Origin: Nemertoderma westbladi
Taxonomy: Eukaryota > Animalia > Xenacoelomorpha
Direction: 5' to 3'
DNA: 39,302 bases
Assembly: GCA_032718475.1 (NCBI GenBank)
Contig: JAUCBJ010008489.1
Coordinates: 1-39,302 of the forward strand
Shown here: positions 10,838-23,484 of the stretch, piece after piece
Layout of the letters: every line of letters starts with the position of its first letter
How positions within the stretch are numbered: the first letter of the stretch is position 1
Made by a program: the position numbers and the translations under genes
Notes under the pieces: model-generated
What the model was told of the DNA's origin: nothing
Databases searched by the model: none
What the model saw: only the letters and a program-made list of their open reading frames with translations

Positions 10838-12411
10838 CAGTGCGAACTCGAGTCTATAAGAAATATAAAGTAATGAAATAAAGTAACCAGCTCGAGTCTA
10901 TAAGAAATATAAAGTAATGAAATAAAGTAACCAGCTCGAGTCTATAAGAAGTATAAAGTAATGAAATAAAGTAACCAACTCGAGTCTATAAGAAATATAA
11001 AGTAATGAAATAAAGTAACCAGCTCGAGTCTATAAGAAATATAAAGTAATGAAATAAAGTAACCAGCTCGAGTCTATAAGAAATATAAAGTAATGAAATA
11101 AAGTAACCAGCTCGAGTCTATAAGAAATATAAAGTAATGAAATAAAGTAACCAGCTCGGGCAGTGCGAACTCGAGTCTATAAGAAATATAAAGTAATGAA
11201 ATAAAGTAACCAACTCGAGTCTATAAGAAATATAAAGTAATGAAATAAAGTAACCAACTCGAGTCTATAAGAAATATAAAGTAATGAAATAAAGTAACCA
11301 GCTCGAGTCTATAAGAAATATAAAGTAATGAAATAAAGTAACCAGCTCGGGCAGTGCGAACTCGAGTCTATAAGAAATATAAAGTAATGAAATAAAGTAA
11401 CCAACTCGAGTCTATAAGAAATATAAAGTAATGAAATAAAGTAACCAGCTCGAGTCTATAAGAAATATAAAGTAATGAAATAAAGTAACCAGCTCGAGTC
11501 TATAAGAAATATAAAGTAATGAAATAAAGTAACCGGCTCGGGCAGTGCGAACTCGAGTCTATAAGAAATATAAAGTAATGAAATAAAGTAACCAGCTCGA
11601 GTCTATAAGAAATATAAAGTAATGAAATAAAGTAACCAGCTCGGGCAGTGCGAACTCGAGTCTATAAGAAATATAAAGTAATGAAATAAAGTAACCAGCT
11701 CGAGTCTATAAGAAATATAAAGTAATGAAATAAAGTAACCAGCTCGGGCAGTGCGAACTCGAGTCTATAAGAAATATAAAGTAATGAAATAAAGTAACCA
11801 GCTCGAGTCTATAAGAAATATAAAGTAATGAAATAAAGTAACCAGCTCGGGCAGTGCGAACTCGAGTCTATAAGAAATATAAAGTAATGAAATAAAGTAA
11901 CCAGCTCGAGTCTATAAGAAATATAAAGTAATGAAATAAAGTAACCGGCTCGGGCAGTGCGAACTCGAGTCTATAAGAAATATAAAGTAATGAAATAAAG
12001 TAACCAACTCGAGTCTATAAGAAATATAAAGTAATGAAATAAAGTAACCAGCTCGAGTCTATAAGAAATATAAAGTAATGAAATAAAGTAACCAGCTCGG
12101 GCAGTGCGAACTCGAGTCTATAAGAAATATAAAGTTATGAAATAAAGTAACCAGCTCGAGTCTATAAGAAATATAAAGTAATGAAATAAAGTAACCAGCT
12201 CGGGCAGTGCGAACTCGAGTCTATAAGAAATATAAAGTAATGAAATAAAGTAACCAGCTCGAGTCTATAAGAAATATAAAGTAATGAAATAAAGTAACCG
12301 GCTCGGGCAGTGCGAACTCGAGTCTATAAGAAATATAAAGTAATGAAATAAAGTAACCAACTCGAGTCTATAAGAAATATAAAGTAATGAAATAAAGCAA
12401 CCAGCTCGGGC
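10838..12411. repeat. 44-bp minisatellite with interspersed 15-bp module
   Basis: Unit CTCGAGTCTATAAGAAATATAAAGTAATGAAATAAAGTAACCAG, about 30 near-identical copies; CTCGGGCAGTGCGAA inserted every 2-3 units from ~11155. Confidence 0.97.
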
Positions 12412-12865
12412 ATGTAAAGAATGAGAAAAATATTGCATGAATAACACAGTATATACAGTAATACACGGCTTTCGCACAATCATCTTATGTAGGCCTATCA
12501 TATCATATCATCTTGTGTCCAGATGAGCCTTTGCGTAAGTCCGTGCTCCACTGGCAACACATGGGTCGTACAGTATAATATAAGTCGTTTACAGATTTTC
12601 TCTGAGTCCGTATGTCAAAAGTATAGCTCCCTTGCTCCACTGGTAAGTCATATGTCTTTTCTTAAAAAATATAAGCTGCGTCTCGCATTCAATGGAACAC
12701 TTGAACATTTAATTGCTTGCTGCTACCCAAAGTAACCAATCACAGGCCTCTTGCCAGAAAGAACACATGGGTCGTATGTCAAAAATGGAACATGGGACAT
12801 AATCACTTCCAACTCATCGGTCGTAACAAACGACTTATATAACATTGGAGACGCTCCCATTGAAT

Positions 12866-13085
12866 ATATTGATATTATATTGTATTGATATTATATTGTA
12901 TTGATATTATATTGTATTGATATTATATTGTATTGATATTATTATATTGTATTGATATTATATTGTATTGATATTATATTGTATTGATATTATATTGTAT
13001 TGATATTATATTGTATTGATATTATATTGTATTGATATTATATTGTATTGATATTATATTGTATTGATATTATATTGATATTATT
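12866..13085. repeat. 16-bp AT-rich minisatellite
   Basis: (GATATTATATTGTATT)n, about 13 copies. Confidence 0.95.
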
Positions 13086-15164
13086 GCATCTAATTAATAT
13101 GATTTTGAGTCGTGAACCCCATTTCAAGTAATAAAAAATAAATAAACAAAAAATAATAAAATTAAGTTAAGGGGGGATACCACCAACCCCTAGGAAGGTT
13201 TCTTGTACATCGCTATAATTTCGGATTGTGGGTAATAATGAATAAAAATTTTGGCATATTTTATGAGTTCGAGTGGTCATAAACCAAATTTTGGGGAAAA
13301 ATACCAAGTTTGAAAATGTGTCGCCCTCTAGCGGCCACCAGCGCAAATACAGTATAAATTTCACTTTATGCAAAATCTTATGCGAGTTTTTCTGAATCAG
13401 TATGATCAGTTAACAAAAATAACCGGTGATAAGTTTTATTTTTTATCTAAAATAATTTTAAATAATATTACTGTAACTTATTAATCATTATTTATTAAAT
13501 ATATATCAACTAATTTAATTATAAAAATAAGAAATAATTCAAAATTATAACCGAAAACTTTTTGATCAAAAAACAAAATCAAAACAAACAAATTATCGAA
13601 AATTGGTTAAGAAATTGCAGAGCAGTTGTAATTTGAAAATTAAATATCATTCTGAGTAAACTGTCTATAAAAACTGTCTGTCTGGGATGTTGGTTAGTTA
13701 ATAATGTATTGGACGAAGGAAGCACAGCACCGATCTATAATAATATTTACGGGGGTTTTCTGGGTCGCTGATTCCATTTCCGAAGACACTTTCAATATTT
13801 GATCGAACCTAGTCTGTCGGAACGTTTGCCTCATATTTCGACGTACAGACCGGCTGACAATGAGACTAATATTAACTCGAAAACTAAAAGAGATGTCGCT
13901 AAGCCGTTTTCAGATTTCAAACCCTAATTAAATTATACTCTAGAAGAAAGACAATATCAAAATTCTGACATTTTGACCCAGGAGGGAAAGTCCCCCCCCC
14001 CCCCCCCCCCCCCCCAGTTATTATACAGTATAACCAACCTGCTCGGACGTTTCTTTAACTATAGCCGACACCGATTCACGTAAAGCCGCCGCACTACCTG
14101 GCCGTTTGATGTTCCTAAGAAACTTTCGTTCAGACATTCTCAGTCTACCACCAATGAATTAATGAATTAATTATGTTTAAATTCCAATCTTATTCAGCAT
14201 TAACGTAACCATTCTTCTACGCATTTGAATGTGGTTGGAGTTGTTCACATACAGTAGTTTTTAATTATCATACAGTAGTAGTTCATATTTGCAAACACGA
14301 TGCAGTTCTTATAATGAAAATTCATTAATAAATTGGTAAATACATTTGGAGCACTCGACAGTAACTAAAAGCCCGCTAGAGGTGCACTGTGAGTATAGGC
14401 ATATGGGCACAATAACTGTACGTAAAGTGCCTCTCAATTGTACGTACAGGCCCATAGCCTAATCAGCTTGGGCAAACTTACTGTAGGTAAAAATTGTGTT
14501 TTATTTGTTGATATTGATAATAATAGTGGTTAGATTTTCGAATATTGATTTATGGTAAGCCTACCCACCTGCTTAATTGATAGGGGCCTACTTACAGACT
14601 TACAGTACCTATAATACCGGTACCTAGATGGACTACGGTAAGCCGTGAATCCTAAGTAATCAGTTCTGGGATATGTGGGATGTACCGGTAGACACTAACA
14701 AAAGTCTGAAATGCTGAAAGAAATCTCAACCCGGAAACAAGTCAGTAATGTAAATTTAAAATTCCCGCCCCAATCATCACAACACTATAAAACCTAGGTA
14801 ATGAGATACTGTAGAATATAATATTGGCATTGATTTTTTATGTCCTTTTATTTGACTTTTTTGTCATTTTTTTTACGAATTATGCATAATGACTTTTGTT
14901 GTCCTTTTAATGACTTTATTGTCCTTTTAATGACTTTTTATGTATGTATTTCTTCAAACTGTCAGACTGCTGATTTCTAGACTGTCAGACAGTTGATTTC
15001 ACTATGCCTGTGCCAAAACATTCCATGATTTATAGACTATATGAGATAGATTTCCATATGCGCCTGTGGTAAATATTTAATAGTTTGTGGTTGTTGTCGA
15101 TAATCGATTACCACATGACGTAGCAAAACACTCATTTTATAGCCAAAAACAATTACCAATTGAT

Positions 15165-15855
15165 GGAAAGGAGCAGGTTAAGGCCGAGTTTTCTAACCAA
15201 AACAATAAACAGTCACTTTACCAAATCAGGGAAAGGAGCAGGTTACAGAGACGGGATTTTCTAACCAAAACAATAAACGATCACTTAACTAATTGAGGGA
15301 AAGGAGCAGGTTACAGAGGCGGGATTTTCTAACCAAAACAATAAACGATCACTTAACTTATTGAGGGAAAGGAGCAGGTTACAGAGGCGGGATTTTCTAA
15401 CCAAAACAATAAACGATCATTTAACTAATTGAGGGAAAGGGACAGGTTACAGAGGAGGAATTTTCTAACCAAAACAATAAACGATCACTTAACTAATTGA
15501 GGGAAAGGAGCAGGTTACAGAGGCGGGATTTTCTAACCAAAACAATAAACGATCATTTAACTAATTGAGGGAAAGGGGCAGGTTACAGAGGCGGGCCTTT
15601 CTAACCAAACCAATAGGTCACTTTACCAATTCAGGGAAAGGAGCAGGTTACAGAGGCGGGATTTTCAAACCAAAACAATAAACGATCATTTAACTAATTG
15701 AGGGAAAGGGGCAGGTTACAGAGACGGGATTTTCTAACCAAAACAATAAACGATCATTTAACTAATTGAGGGAAAGGAGCAGGTTACAGAGACGGGATTT
15801 TCTAACCAAAACAATAAACAGTCACTTTACCAAATCAGGGAAAGGAGCAGGTTAT
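15165..15855. repeat. 68-bp minisatellite
   Basis: GGGAAAGGAGCAGGTTACAGAGGCGGGATTTTCTAACCAAAACAATAAACGATCACTTAACTAATTGA, about 10 copies. Confidence 0.95.
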
Positions 15856-16330
15856 CCGTAACACTACTCAGACAGTAGTCATGATCCATTATTGATTATA
15901 AAACTAATACAGTACAGTAATAGGCCTAAATTATGTGAAAGGTATATCCACATTTTCCACAATCCTGCAATCCAGTTTGGCCTATCAATTATTTAAAATT
16001 TATTAGCACAACCGGTAGGCCTACCATTACCGTATTTAAATGGTAGGCTACGCAGTAGGCCTATAGCAGTACCGGTGCCGGTACCGGTACTAAAATACAG
16101 AAATACCTGCTTTATACCTACATCTGTACATACAATACAGCAAAATAGTGCTATATATACTAATACCGGTACTGATACAGTAGCCTGAGAGAACAGCAGT
16201 AGAGAAACCGGTAGCATGGAACCTAACATTAGACTTTTGGAGGACATAAAAAATAAAAAAAAAGGACAAAAAAAGGATTTAAACGGACAATAAAAATTAT
16301 GTGGTGTGTTTGGAGTGGTGTGTTTTCAGA

Positions 16331-16935
16331 AGGCTGCTGCAAACAGCACTAAGACCAATCGTGCCAGTGGAGTAGATGGTGTTCCCCCTGAGGTCTTTAA
16401 AATACCTGAGTGTTTAAAGCTCATCTATCCCATCATAGTAGACATGTACCGAACAACAAGAGTCCCACAAGAAATGAAAACAAATAAGTTGGTGCCAGTT
16501 CCCAAGAAGGGCAACCTAACACTCTATGGTTCTTTTCGGGGAATCTCATTGTTCTCGATTGCTGCAAAGCTATACAATATAATTATATTAAATCGCATCA
16601 GGGATCCCATTGAGAGACTGCTCCGAGGAAATCAGAATGGGTTCCATAAAGGTCTTAGGACCATTGGCATTGAGCCCATTTTGGCACATAGAAAGGATAA
16701 TTGAAGAGTTATCAAAAAAAAAGAAAGACAGGCATCTATCTGGCTATTATCTTTGTTGACTTATTCAAGGTCTCTGGCTCACGTATGTTCAGCATACTTT
16801 CATTATATGGGGTTTCTGAAGAAATTATTGCAGCAATCAGATCAGTATACGATGGTTCGACAACATTTGTGTCTACTGTTGATGGTGACACAGAACCATT
16901 TGAAGTGTTATGGGGAGTCCACCAGGGAGACACAC
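16331..16935 (+). pseudogene. Degenerate RTE LINE RT fragment
   Basis: High nucleotide identity to 28854-29456 with frameshifts; ends at GGAGACACAC where an LTR begins. Confidence 0.92.
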
Positions 16936-17186
16936 TGTTAGCGAATTCAATTCCGCTAACCACCCCATAAAGTTGGGAAAGCGGTGCCTTTAAGCAATAT
17001 TGGGGAGTACGAGGTTGATTGCCAATCAACCTCGTGTCACCCCCAATAAACGGGGACGACAACATCAGAACTCTCAATCCAACAACAAACTCTTTTCACA
17101 CACGGCGGGGACGCGTAAATAAAACAACCGGTCGGGATTCTCGGATCCCGTCACAGTCCTAACTCTAGGCCTGCCGAACTGTAACA
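16936..17186 (+). repeat. LTR copy 1 (251 bp, lacks central ~340 bp)
   Basis: TGTTAGC...CTGTAACA; both ends align to 22888-23484. Confidence 0.8.
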
Positions 17187-17200
17187 GACCAAAGATAAAG

Positions 17201-20200
17201 ATGAGTCGAGAGAAAGGAACGACACCGCCGCGGACCCCGGACGACGATCTAACGATCCGCGAGGCCACGGCGAGACGATACGAACCCACGACGCCGGTCG
17301 ATGCTACGCCGACCACGTCGACGCACGTTGACGCCACGTCGAAACGAGCAACACGGCGAACCAAGGTGTGGGGGGTCGTCTACCAGGAGAGAGCGAGTCG
17401 AGTAGAGGAGACGAGTCGGGAGGAGAAGAGAAAGACGAGTCGACGCGGAGCGAGGGTCGACGATACCGATGTCGCCGGCCAGCCACAGGCCGAGGACGAC
17501 GAACGGTCCACCGGAACGGCGACGGTGGGGCCGTCGGTACGACGTCGAACCCGGAGAGACGGAGGAGAGGTCGGCGACGAGGACGTCGGGGTTTCTGATC
17601 GACTTCGACGGGCCTACAACGCGACCCGGGAACTACTGAGAGGAGGCCAAGGAGGGGGCGAGAGATAGACGAGGTCAGGACTGAGCAAACGGACTAGGTG
17701 AGTCGAATAGACACTTTGATTACCTAGTGTGTTTTGGGCAGAGAGAACTAGCCGAGGAGAGGGCGAGGGGAGTTGCCAACGAACTGATTGAACTATGGGA
17801 GTGTGGGGTATGGAACCTAGCGTGCTCCAGTGTACATAGGGCCATACTTAGTCGATGCCCGGGGAGTTAAGTTAGTGGGTTGGAAGAGACCTGAGGAGGG
17901 CGAATCCGAGGTTAACTCCGAGGATTCGGTCTCGTCGGTCGGAGGAAGTTCCGGGAGGCGGGGGAAAGTTAGTAGGACGGAGGGGCGACGGGAGTCCGTC
18001 GCAACCGATAAGTCTGCTACATCCTCCGCGAAAGAAAGAAGGGTGCTGAAAATAAATCTGACGCATGAATTAGCGATGGTGGCGACAGAGCAGAATGAGT
18101 TAGAGAGACGATTGAGAGAGGAAACCGCATGGTTGGAGAGAGAAAGAGAGTGGGCAAGGGAGGATAGAGAGAGAGTCAAGGAGTGTAGAGAGCGGGAGAT
18201 GAGAGTAGGGGACGAGCCGGCGACGTGGCTTGAGATGGTTGCGAGAGATACCGAGTTGGCCGAGCAAAGTTTACGAGAGTGCATAGAGAGAGAGATAGAG
18301 GCAGAGCGTGAGCGGGATGATTTGCGTGCCCAGCTAAGGGGGCTTGCGCAATATCAAGCCAAACTAGACCAGCGCCGACTAGAACTGGCGCGGTTGGAAC
18401 TGTCAGAGAGTGAGACCCCACTTACAGAGCACCGGGCGAGAGAACCAGAGCTGGTGTAGCCGTACGGGCGGGGGGGGGGGGTAATAATAGTACGTTAGAA
18501 GCAGTTAATATTAATAGTACCGTAGTAAATAACCCTAATCCCTTTATTACAGGAAATAATATTTTACCGGGTAGTAGTAATTTAAATTTAAATACAAATA
18601 TTCTAAATAATAATTTCAATTCAAACCCGCAAAATAATTCGAATAATAATTTAAGTTTAGAGAATAGTAGTGATCTAAGTAATTTAAATAATTTAAATAA
18701 TAATCCCGTTTCAAATTCTAATAATTTAATTGATTTAACAAATAATATTGGGAATGGTGCTATTAATATGAGCGTGTCGGACGTACATAACCCGGCAGAC
18801 GGTGGCCTGGTAGGCCACGTAGTTAGTAGGCAGGAGGTGGCAGGGTTGAGCCAACCCGACGGCGGCCTGGTAGGCCACGCAGTTAGTAGGCAGGAGGTAG
18901 CGGGGTTGAGCCAACCCGAAGTAGGCCTGATGGGCCACGCAGTAGTAGAGAGAGAGGCGGGGGTGAATAGACCCAGCCGTAGTAGAGACAGTGCGTCGAC
19001 TAGAGAGGGGTGTAGAGACGAAGTAAGAGATATTGAAGTTAGATGTGGCGGGTGGGGGGGGGGCTACCGGCGCCCCACCACATAAGATTAGTGGCGAGAG
19101 AGGGGGGGCAGAGAATGCCCCACAAGAGGGACGCAGAAGTGTAGTAAGAGATAGTGAAGTTAGAAGTGGCGGGTGGGGGGGGGCTACGGGCACCCCACCG
19201 CGAGAGTTAGTAGAGAGAGAGGGGGGGCAGAGAGTGTCCCACAGCCGTCAGCGGATAATGCGCGGGCCGAGCTAGGTAAACCGCAACACCCGGCGACGGA
19301 GAGTAATAGGGGGATTGCGAGTATCCCCAGCGGCGTGCGATCGAGCAGAGAGAGGCAGGTTGACGTCGCGAGAGGGCAGGCGAAGCGTCGAGCCCGACCA
19401 GAAGAGAGAAGAAGAACAGTGGAGTTTAACCGGGAGGTCGACGAGAGACCTCACGAGCCGGAATACTACACAGAAAAGAGAAGAAGAGAAGATAGTAGAA
19501 GAAGTGTCGCCACGAACGATAGCAGTGCGAGGACGGATAACGGACCGTCGACAGTAGAGATGGAGTCAGGGAGCCAGTGGGGTCGAACTTCGGGAGATTG
19601 CCGTCGCCCCGGAGAAACGCACCGCACGCCAAGAGAGGGGTACAAGACGTACCAATACAGAGTCGAGAACAGGAGAGGGGATCGGAGAGAAGCTTCCCGA
19701 CGGGATATAGCTGCCGATCGAGAGTGCAGTAGTCGCGGGGAGATTCGAGATTCGCGAAGAATAAACGTCGGTTCGGAAGGGCACATGCAGACTGCAGGAC
19801 ATACTGTAGGCCTTACTGCACATACTATTATAGGCCATGCTGGGAGAGATAGAGTAGGCGATGGGGTAGCGCGAACGACGGGATTAATCCCGGAAGTCGC
19901 GGAGTACATACCGGTAGGTAGGCGAGAGGTAGGTAGGCCTATATCGGTACAGCAGCATGACTATAATAATACACAGGGACATAACATATATCCAGGGGAG
20001 GGGGGAGTTATTGGAGATAGACGTATGGGCCCCAATATATTAACATCAACCCCAGTACCAAACATACCGGCTGGGGGGGGACAGGGTGACATTCCCCCAT
20101 CACAATATCGACAATGTACCCCGATAGGAGCGAGAACATCGAACTCCCTGGACGAGAACAGGTCGTGCGGACAGTTACCACCACACGCGGCCGTGCAGGG

Positions 20201-20939
20201 GACTGCTAGTCCACAGTTAGGTGGTAGCAGGGCCACACCGTGGCAGGGACAGAAAGAAAATAACACCGTAAATAAAAACAATCCCAATATACCCAGTAGG
20301 CCGAGTCTAGACAATCGAAACATTAAATCGGTACATATAAACCTAAGCGCGATACGTGAAGGACTATACAGGAAACGCTATAATCCGGGATTCCAATGTC
20401 AATTACATCGGGACGGAACCCATAAGACCAGGAGTTGCAAGTACTGGCAAGCGTTGCCCAAACGAGATCGTGTAGCCTACACAGACGCAAACGGACTATG
20501 TCATCGATGTGTGGTAAAAGGACACAGATCCGGAGAGTGTTGGAAAGGGAGAGGATATGAAAGGACTAAACCAGGGGCAGAGAAGCCCATTAGCAAACAT
20601 AAGGGAGTCGGGAAAGTAGAAGGAGGAGTGTTGCATACACACGCAGGACGGACACAGTGCGAGGGGGCATTACATGGGCAGACACCGCGTGTACCAAGGA
20701 ACGAGCGGGGGTCGTCGAGGGCTCTAATGCCAGCGCACATACGAAGGGGGAGGCCAGCAAAGGTGGCACCGAAGAGAGTGTGGCGAAGAGTTAGAGGACG
20801 TATAGGAGGGCAGCGGGAGAGTGCCTACCGGAAGAAGGGGCACGTGAGAGTTTTTAGTCGTCCAAAGTTTTGGACTGAGGGGGGTGGGAATGAGGGCGAG
20901 ACGCCCTTCCCACGCACAAAATATAAAATAATTATTTAA
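17201..20939 (+). pseudogene. Long frameshifted gag-like ORF (coiled coil, Asn-rich tract, repeats, zinc knuckles)
   Basis: Successive + strand ORFs at 17201, 17830 (E/R coiled coil), Asn-rich 18480-18770, 18768 (60-bp repeat x3), 19033 and 19173; CQLHRDGTHKTRSC...NGLCHRCVVKGHRSGEC has BEL/Pao gag knuckle spacing. Confidence 0.7.
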
Positions 20940-20974
20940 TTAAAAATAAGAAAATAATTAAATAATAGAGTAGG

Positions 20975-22470
20975 TAGAAGTTAGGTAGTTAGTTAGTTAG
21001 TTAAAGAAGGGTACGTAGTACCGCTAGTTAGAGTTAGAGTTAGTAGGTACGTAGTACCGTTAGTAGAAGAGAGTTAGAGGGTACGTAAGTACCGCTAGTT
21101 AGTTAGAGTTAGAGGGTACGTAAGTACCGCTAGTTAGTTAGAGTTAGAGGGTACGTAAGTACCGCTAGTTAGAGTAAGAGTTAGAGGGTACGTAAGTACC
21201 GCTAGGTAGTTAGAGTTAGAGGGTACGTAAGTACCACTAGTTAGAGTAAGAGTTAGAGGGTACGTAGTACCGTCAGTTAGTGGAGTTAGAGTAAGAGTTA
21301 GAGGGTACGCAGTACCGTTAGAGAGTAGGAGTTAAGGGGTACGTAGTACCGTTAGAGAGTTAGTAAGAGTAAGAGGGTACGTAGTACCGCTAGCTAGTAG
21401 AGAGAGCTAGAGTAGTAAGAGGGTACGTAGTACCGCTAGTTAGGGGTGTTAGTAGTAGCAGTAGAGGGTTGTGGGCACCGCAAGCGCGACGTAGTTAGAG
21501 TTAGTAGGGAATGCGCTGAACTTAGTGGGGCACGGGCGTGATGACATGTTTGATGTAAGAGCAGGGTATGTTGATTAGGGTGGGTGCCGGGCACAAGAGG
21601 TGCCGGGCACAAAAAGAGTTAGTAGTAGAGTTAGTTGAGTTAGTAGAGAGTTAGTAGAGTTAGAAGGTGCCGGGCACAAGAGGTGCCGGGCACAAAAAGA
21701 GTTAGTAGAGTTAGAAGGTGCCGGGCACAAGAGGTGCCGGGCACAAAAGGAGTTAGTAGAGTTAGGAGGTGCCGGGCACAAGAGGTGCCGGGCACAAAAA
21801 GAGTTAGTAGAGTTAGAAGAGAGTTAGTAGAGTTAGTAGAGTCAGTAGTAGTTCACATAATTAACGTACCCACTCTGCCGGCACTCAGAGCGTCACGTGT
21901 AGGCGATGAGACGTAAAGGGGGTGTAGAGGAGTACAGACGGGCACATAGGGTGCCAGGTAGTAGAGTTAGAGAGGTAGTAGTGTAGTAGAGAGGGCACAT
22001 AGGGTGCCAGGTAGTAGAGTTAGAGAGGTAGTAGTGTAGTAGAGAGGGCACATAGGGTGCCAGGTAGTAGAGTAGAGCAGAGAGGGCACATAGGGTGCCA
22101 GGTAGTAGAGTTAGAGAGGTAGTTGAGTAGTAGAGAGGGCACATAGGGTGCCAGATAGTAGAGTGGTTGTGGGCACCGCAAGCGCCACGTAGTTAGAAGA
22201 GTGGAGTAGAGTTAGTAGAGCTAGTTAGTAGAGTTAGCAGAGCTAGTGGAGTAGAGTTAGCAGAGCTAGTGGAGTAGAGTTAGTAGAGCTAGTTAGCAGA
22301 GTTGGTAGACTCAGAGGAGTCAAGTAGAGTTAGTAGAAGTAGAGGGCTAGTAGGAGTTAGTTAGACTTAGTAGAGAGTTAGAGTCAGTAGAAAGTTAGAG
22401 GCTCTCAGTTAGAGCTAGAAGTAGTAAGAGTTAGTAGTTAGCAGAGTTAGTTAGATAGTTAGAGTTAGTA
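20975..22470 (+). repeat. Composite tandem array: C-poor AGTTAG/AGTAG linkers with short palindromic cores
   Basis: Three blocks with cores GGTACGTAAGTACC (~35-bp unit), GTGCCGGGCAC (51-bp unit) and GGCACATAGGGTGCC (~54-bp unit). Confidence 0.9.
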
Positions 22471-22849
22471 AGCAGTAGGTAGATAGTATGATAGCACAGG
22501 GGTAGCATTAGAGATTAAAGCCTTAGGGAGTGACAGAGAGTAGAGAGTAATAGTGCGGAGTGCGAAGAGAGCGTGGGCGCAATTCAAGTGTGGGGGAGGA
22601 GAAGTGAGAGGAAGAGTGTGGGACGAGGAGGTCCGGGGGTATGCGAGAGTTGGAGTAGAATGGTGAGAGTGTTGGGGAAACAAAAATTGTGTGAGAGAAG
22701 CGCACGATCGGCCCGACACGAGACGCCAGAGGGTAGTGACATCATACCCATAGGGAGCGGCCTGGAAAGCCGACTCCGAAAAAAAATAGACCCACCCCAC
22801 ACCCGATAATAGATCGAGTTCCAGCGGAATTGTAGCGCACTTTAGTTGG

Positions 22850-22887
22850 ATGCTATCTTCTTACCGGGAAGATAGCATGGGGGGGAG
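22850..22887 (+). promoter_or_regulatory. Hairpin plus polypurine tract
   Basis: ATGCTATCTTC..GAAGATAGCAT perfect 11-bp inverted repeat, then a G-run plus AG abutting TGTTAG. Confidence 0.75.
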
Positions 22888-23484
22888 TGTTAGCTTATCC
22901 AATTCCGCTAACACAAACCCATAGAGTGAGCCATAAAGCAATATTGGGAGCACGAGGTTGATTACCAATCAACCTCGTGTCAGCCCAGTAAACGGGGACA
23001 ATAGGCCCCAAAGGAGACACACACAATAAGGGTCAGGGGTTACTCCCCTGACAAGAGAGAGAATAGCTGGGGTGAACGGGAAACACACCAGGGAAGGTGA
23101 AGGGGCGAGAAGTGGGATATTAGCCAATGGGGGGGCAAGGCATCGATTAGGTAGTAATATGGCCAACCGTGCAGTATATTACCTGTTGGTGCTCCCCTAT
23201 TCAGTCAGTTATCTCAGTCGGTCAGTACAGTCAGGTAGTACGGTGACAGTTAGGACCGTCACCGCCGTCATCACATTACCGGTACCAGTGCAGCAGTATT
23301 CAGTGCTATCTGCTATTGTACCTATACACTATATGTTATCTCAATTTATATCCTTAACAACAACGTCAGAACAACAACTCTTTTCATCCACACGGCGGGG
23401 ACGCGTACTTAACCAATACCGGATAAACCGGGATCCTCTCGGATCCCGTCACAGTCCTAACTCTAGGCCTGCCGAACTGTAACA
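22888..23484 (+). repeat. LTR copy 2 (597 bp)
   Basis: TGTTAGC...CTGTAACA, preceded by PPT; contains CCAAT-like motif. Confidence 0.82.

Larger units (their letters stand above)
16936..23484 (+). mobile_element. Non-autonomous (gag-only) BEL/Pao-like LTR element
   Basis: Two related TGTTA...TAACA repeats, polypurine tract before the second, BEL-type gag knuckles, no protease/RT/integrase motifs. Confidence 0.75.

Noticed and set aside
10838-12411. CRISPR-like appearance of the 44-bp array
   Set aside because: No unique spacers (the 15-bp insert is invariant), no cas genes, eukaryotic context
12265-12501. Short ORFs in repeats and AT-rich DNA (also 15087-15296, 21575-22144, 34196-34390, 37827-38532)
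   Set aside because: Translations of tandem repeats or random low-complexity sequence with no protein motifs
13992-14015. Poly-C/poly-G tracts (also ~9574, ~10567, ~10632) as functional G-quadruplex elements
   Set aside because: Simple homopolymers, partly inside a foldback element; lengths are unreliable and there is no functional evidence
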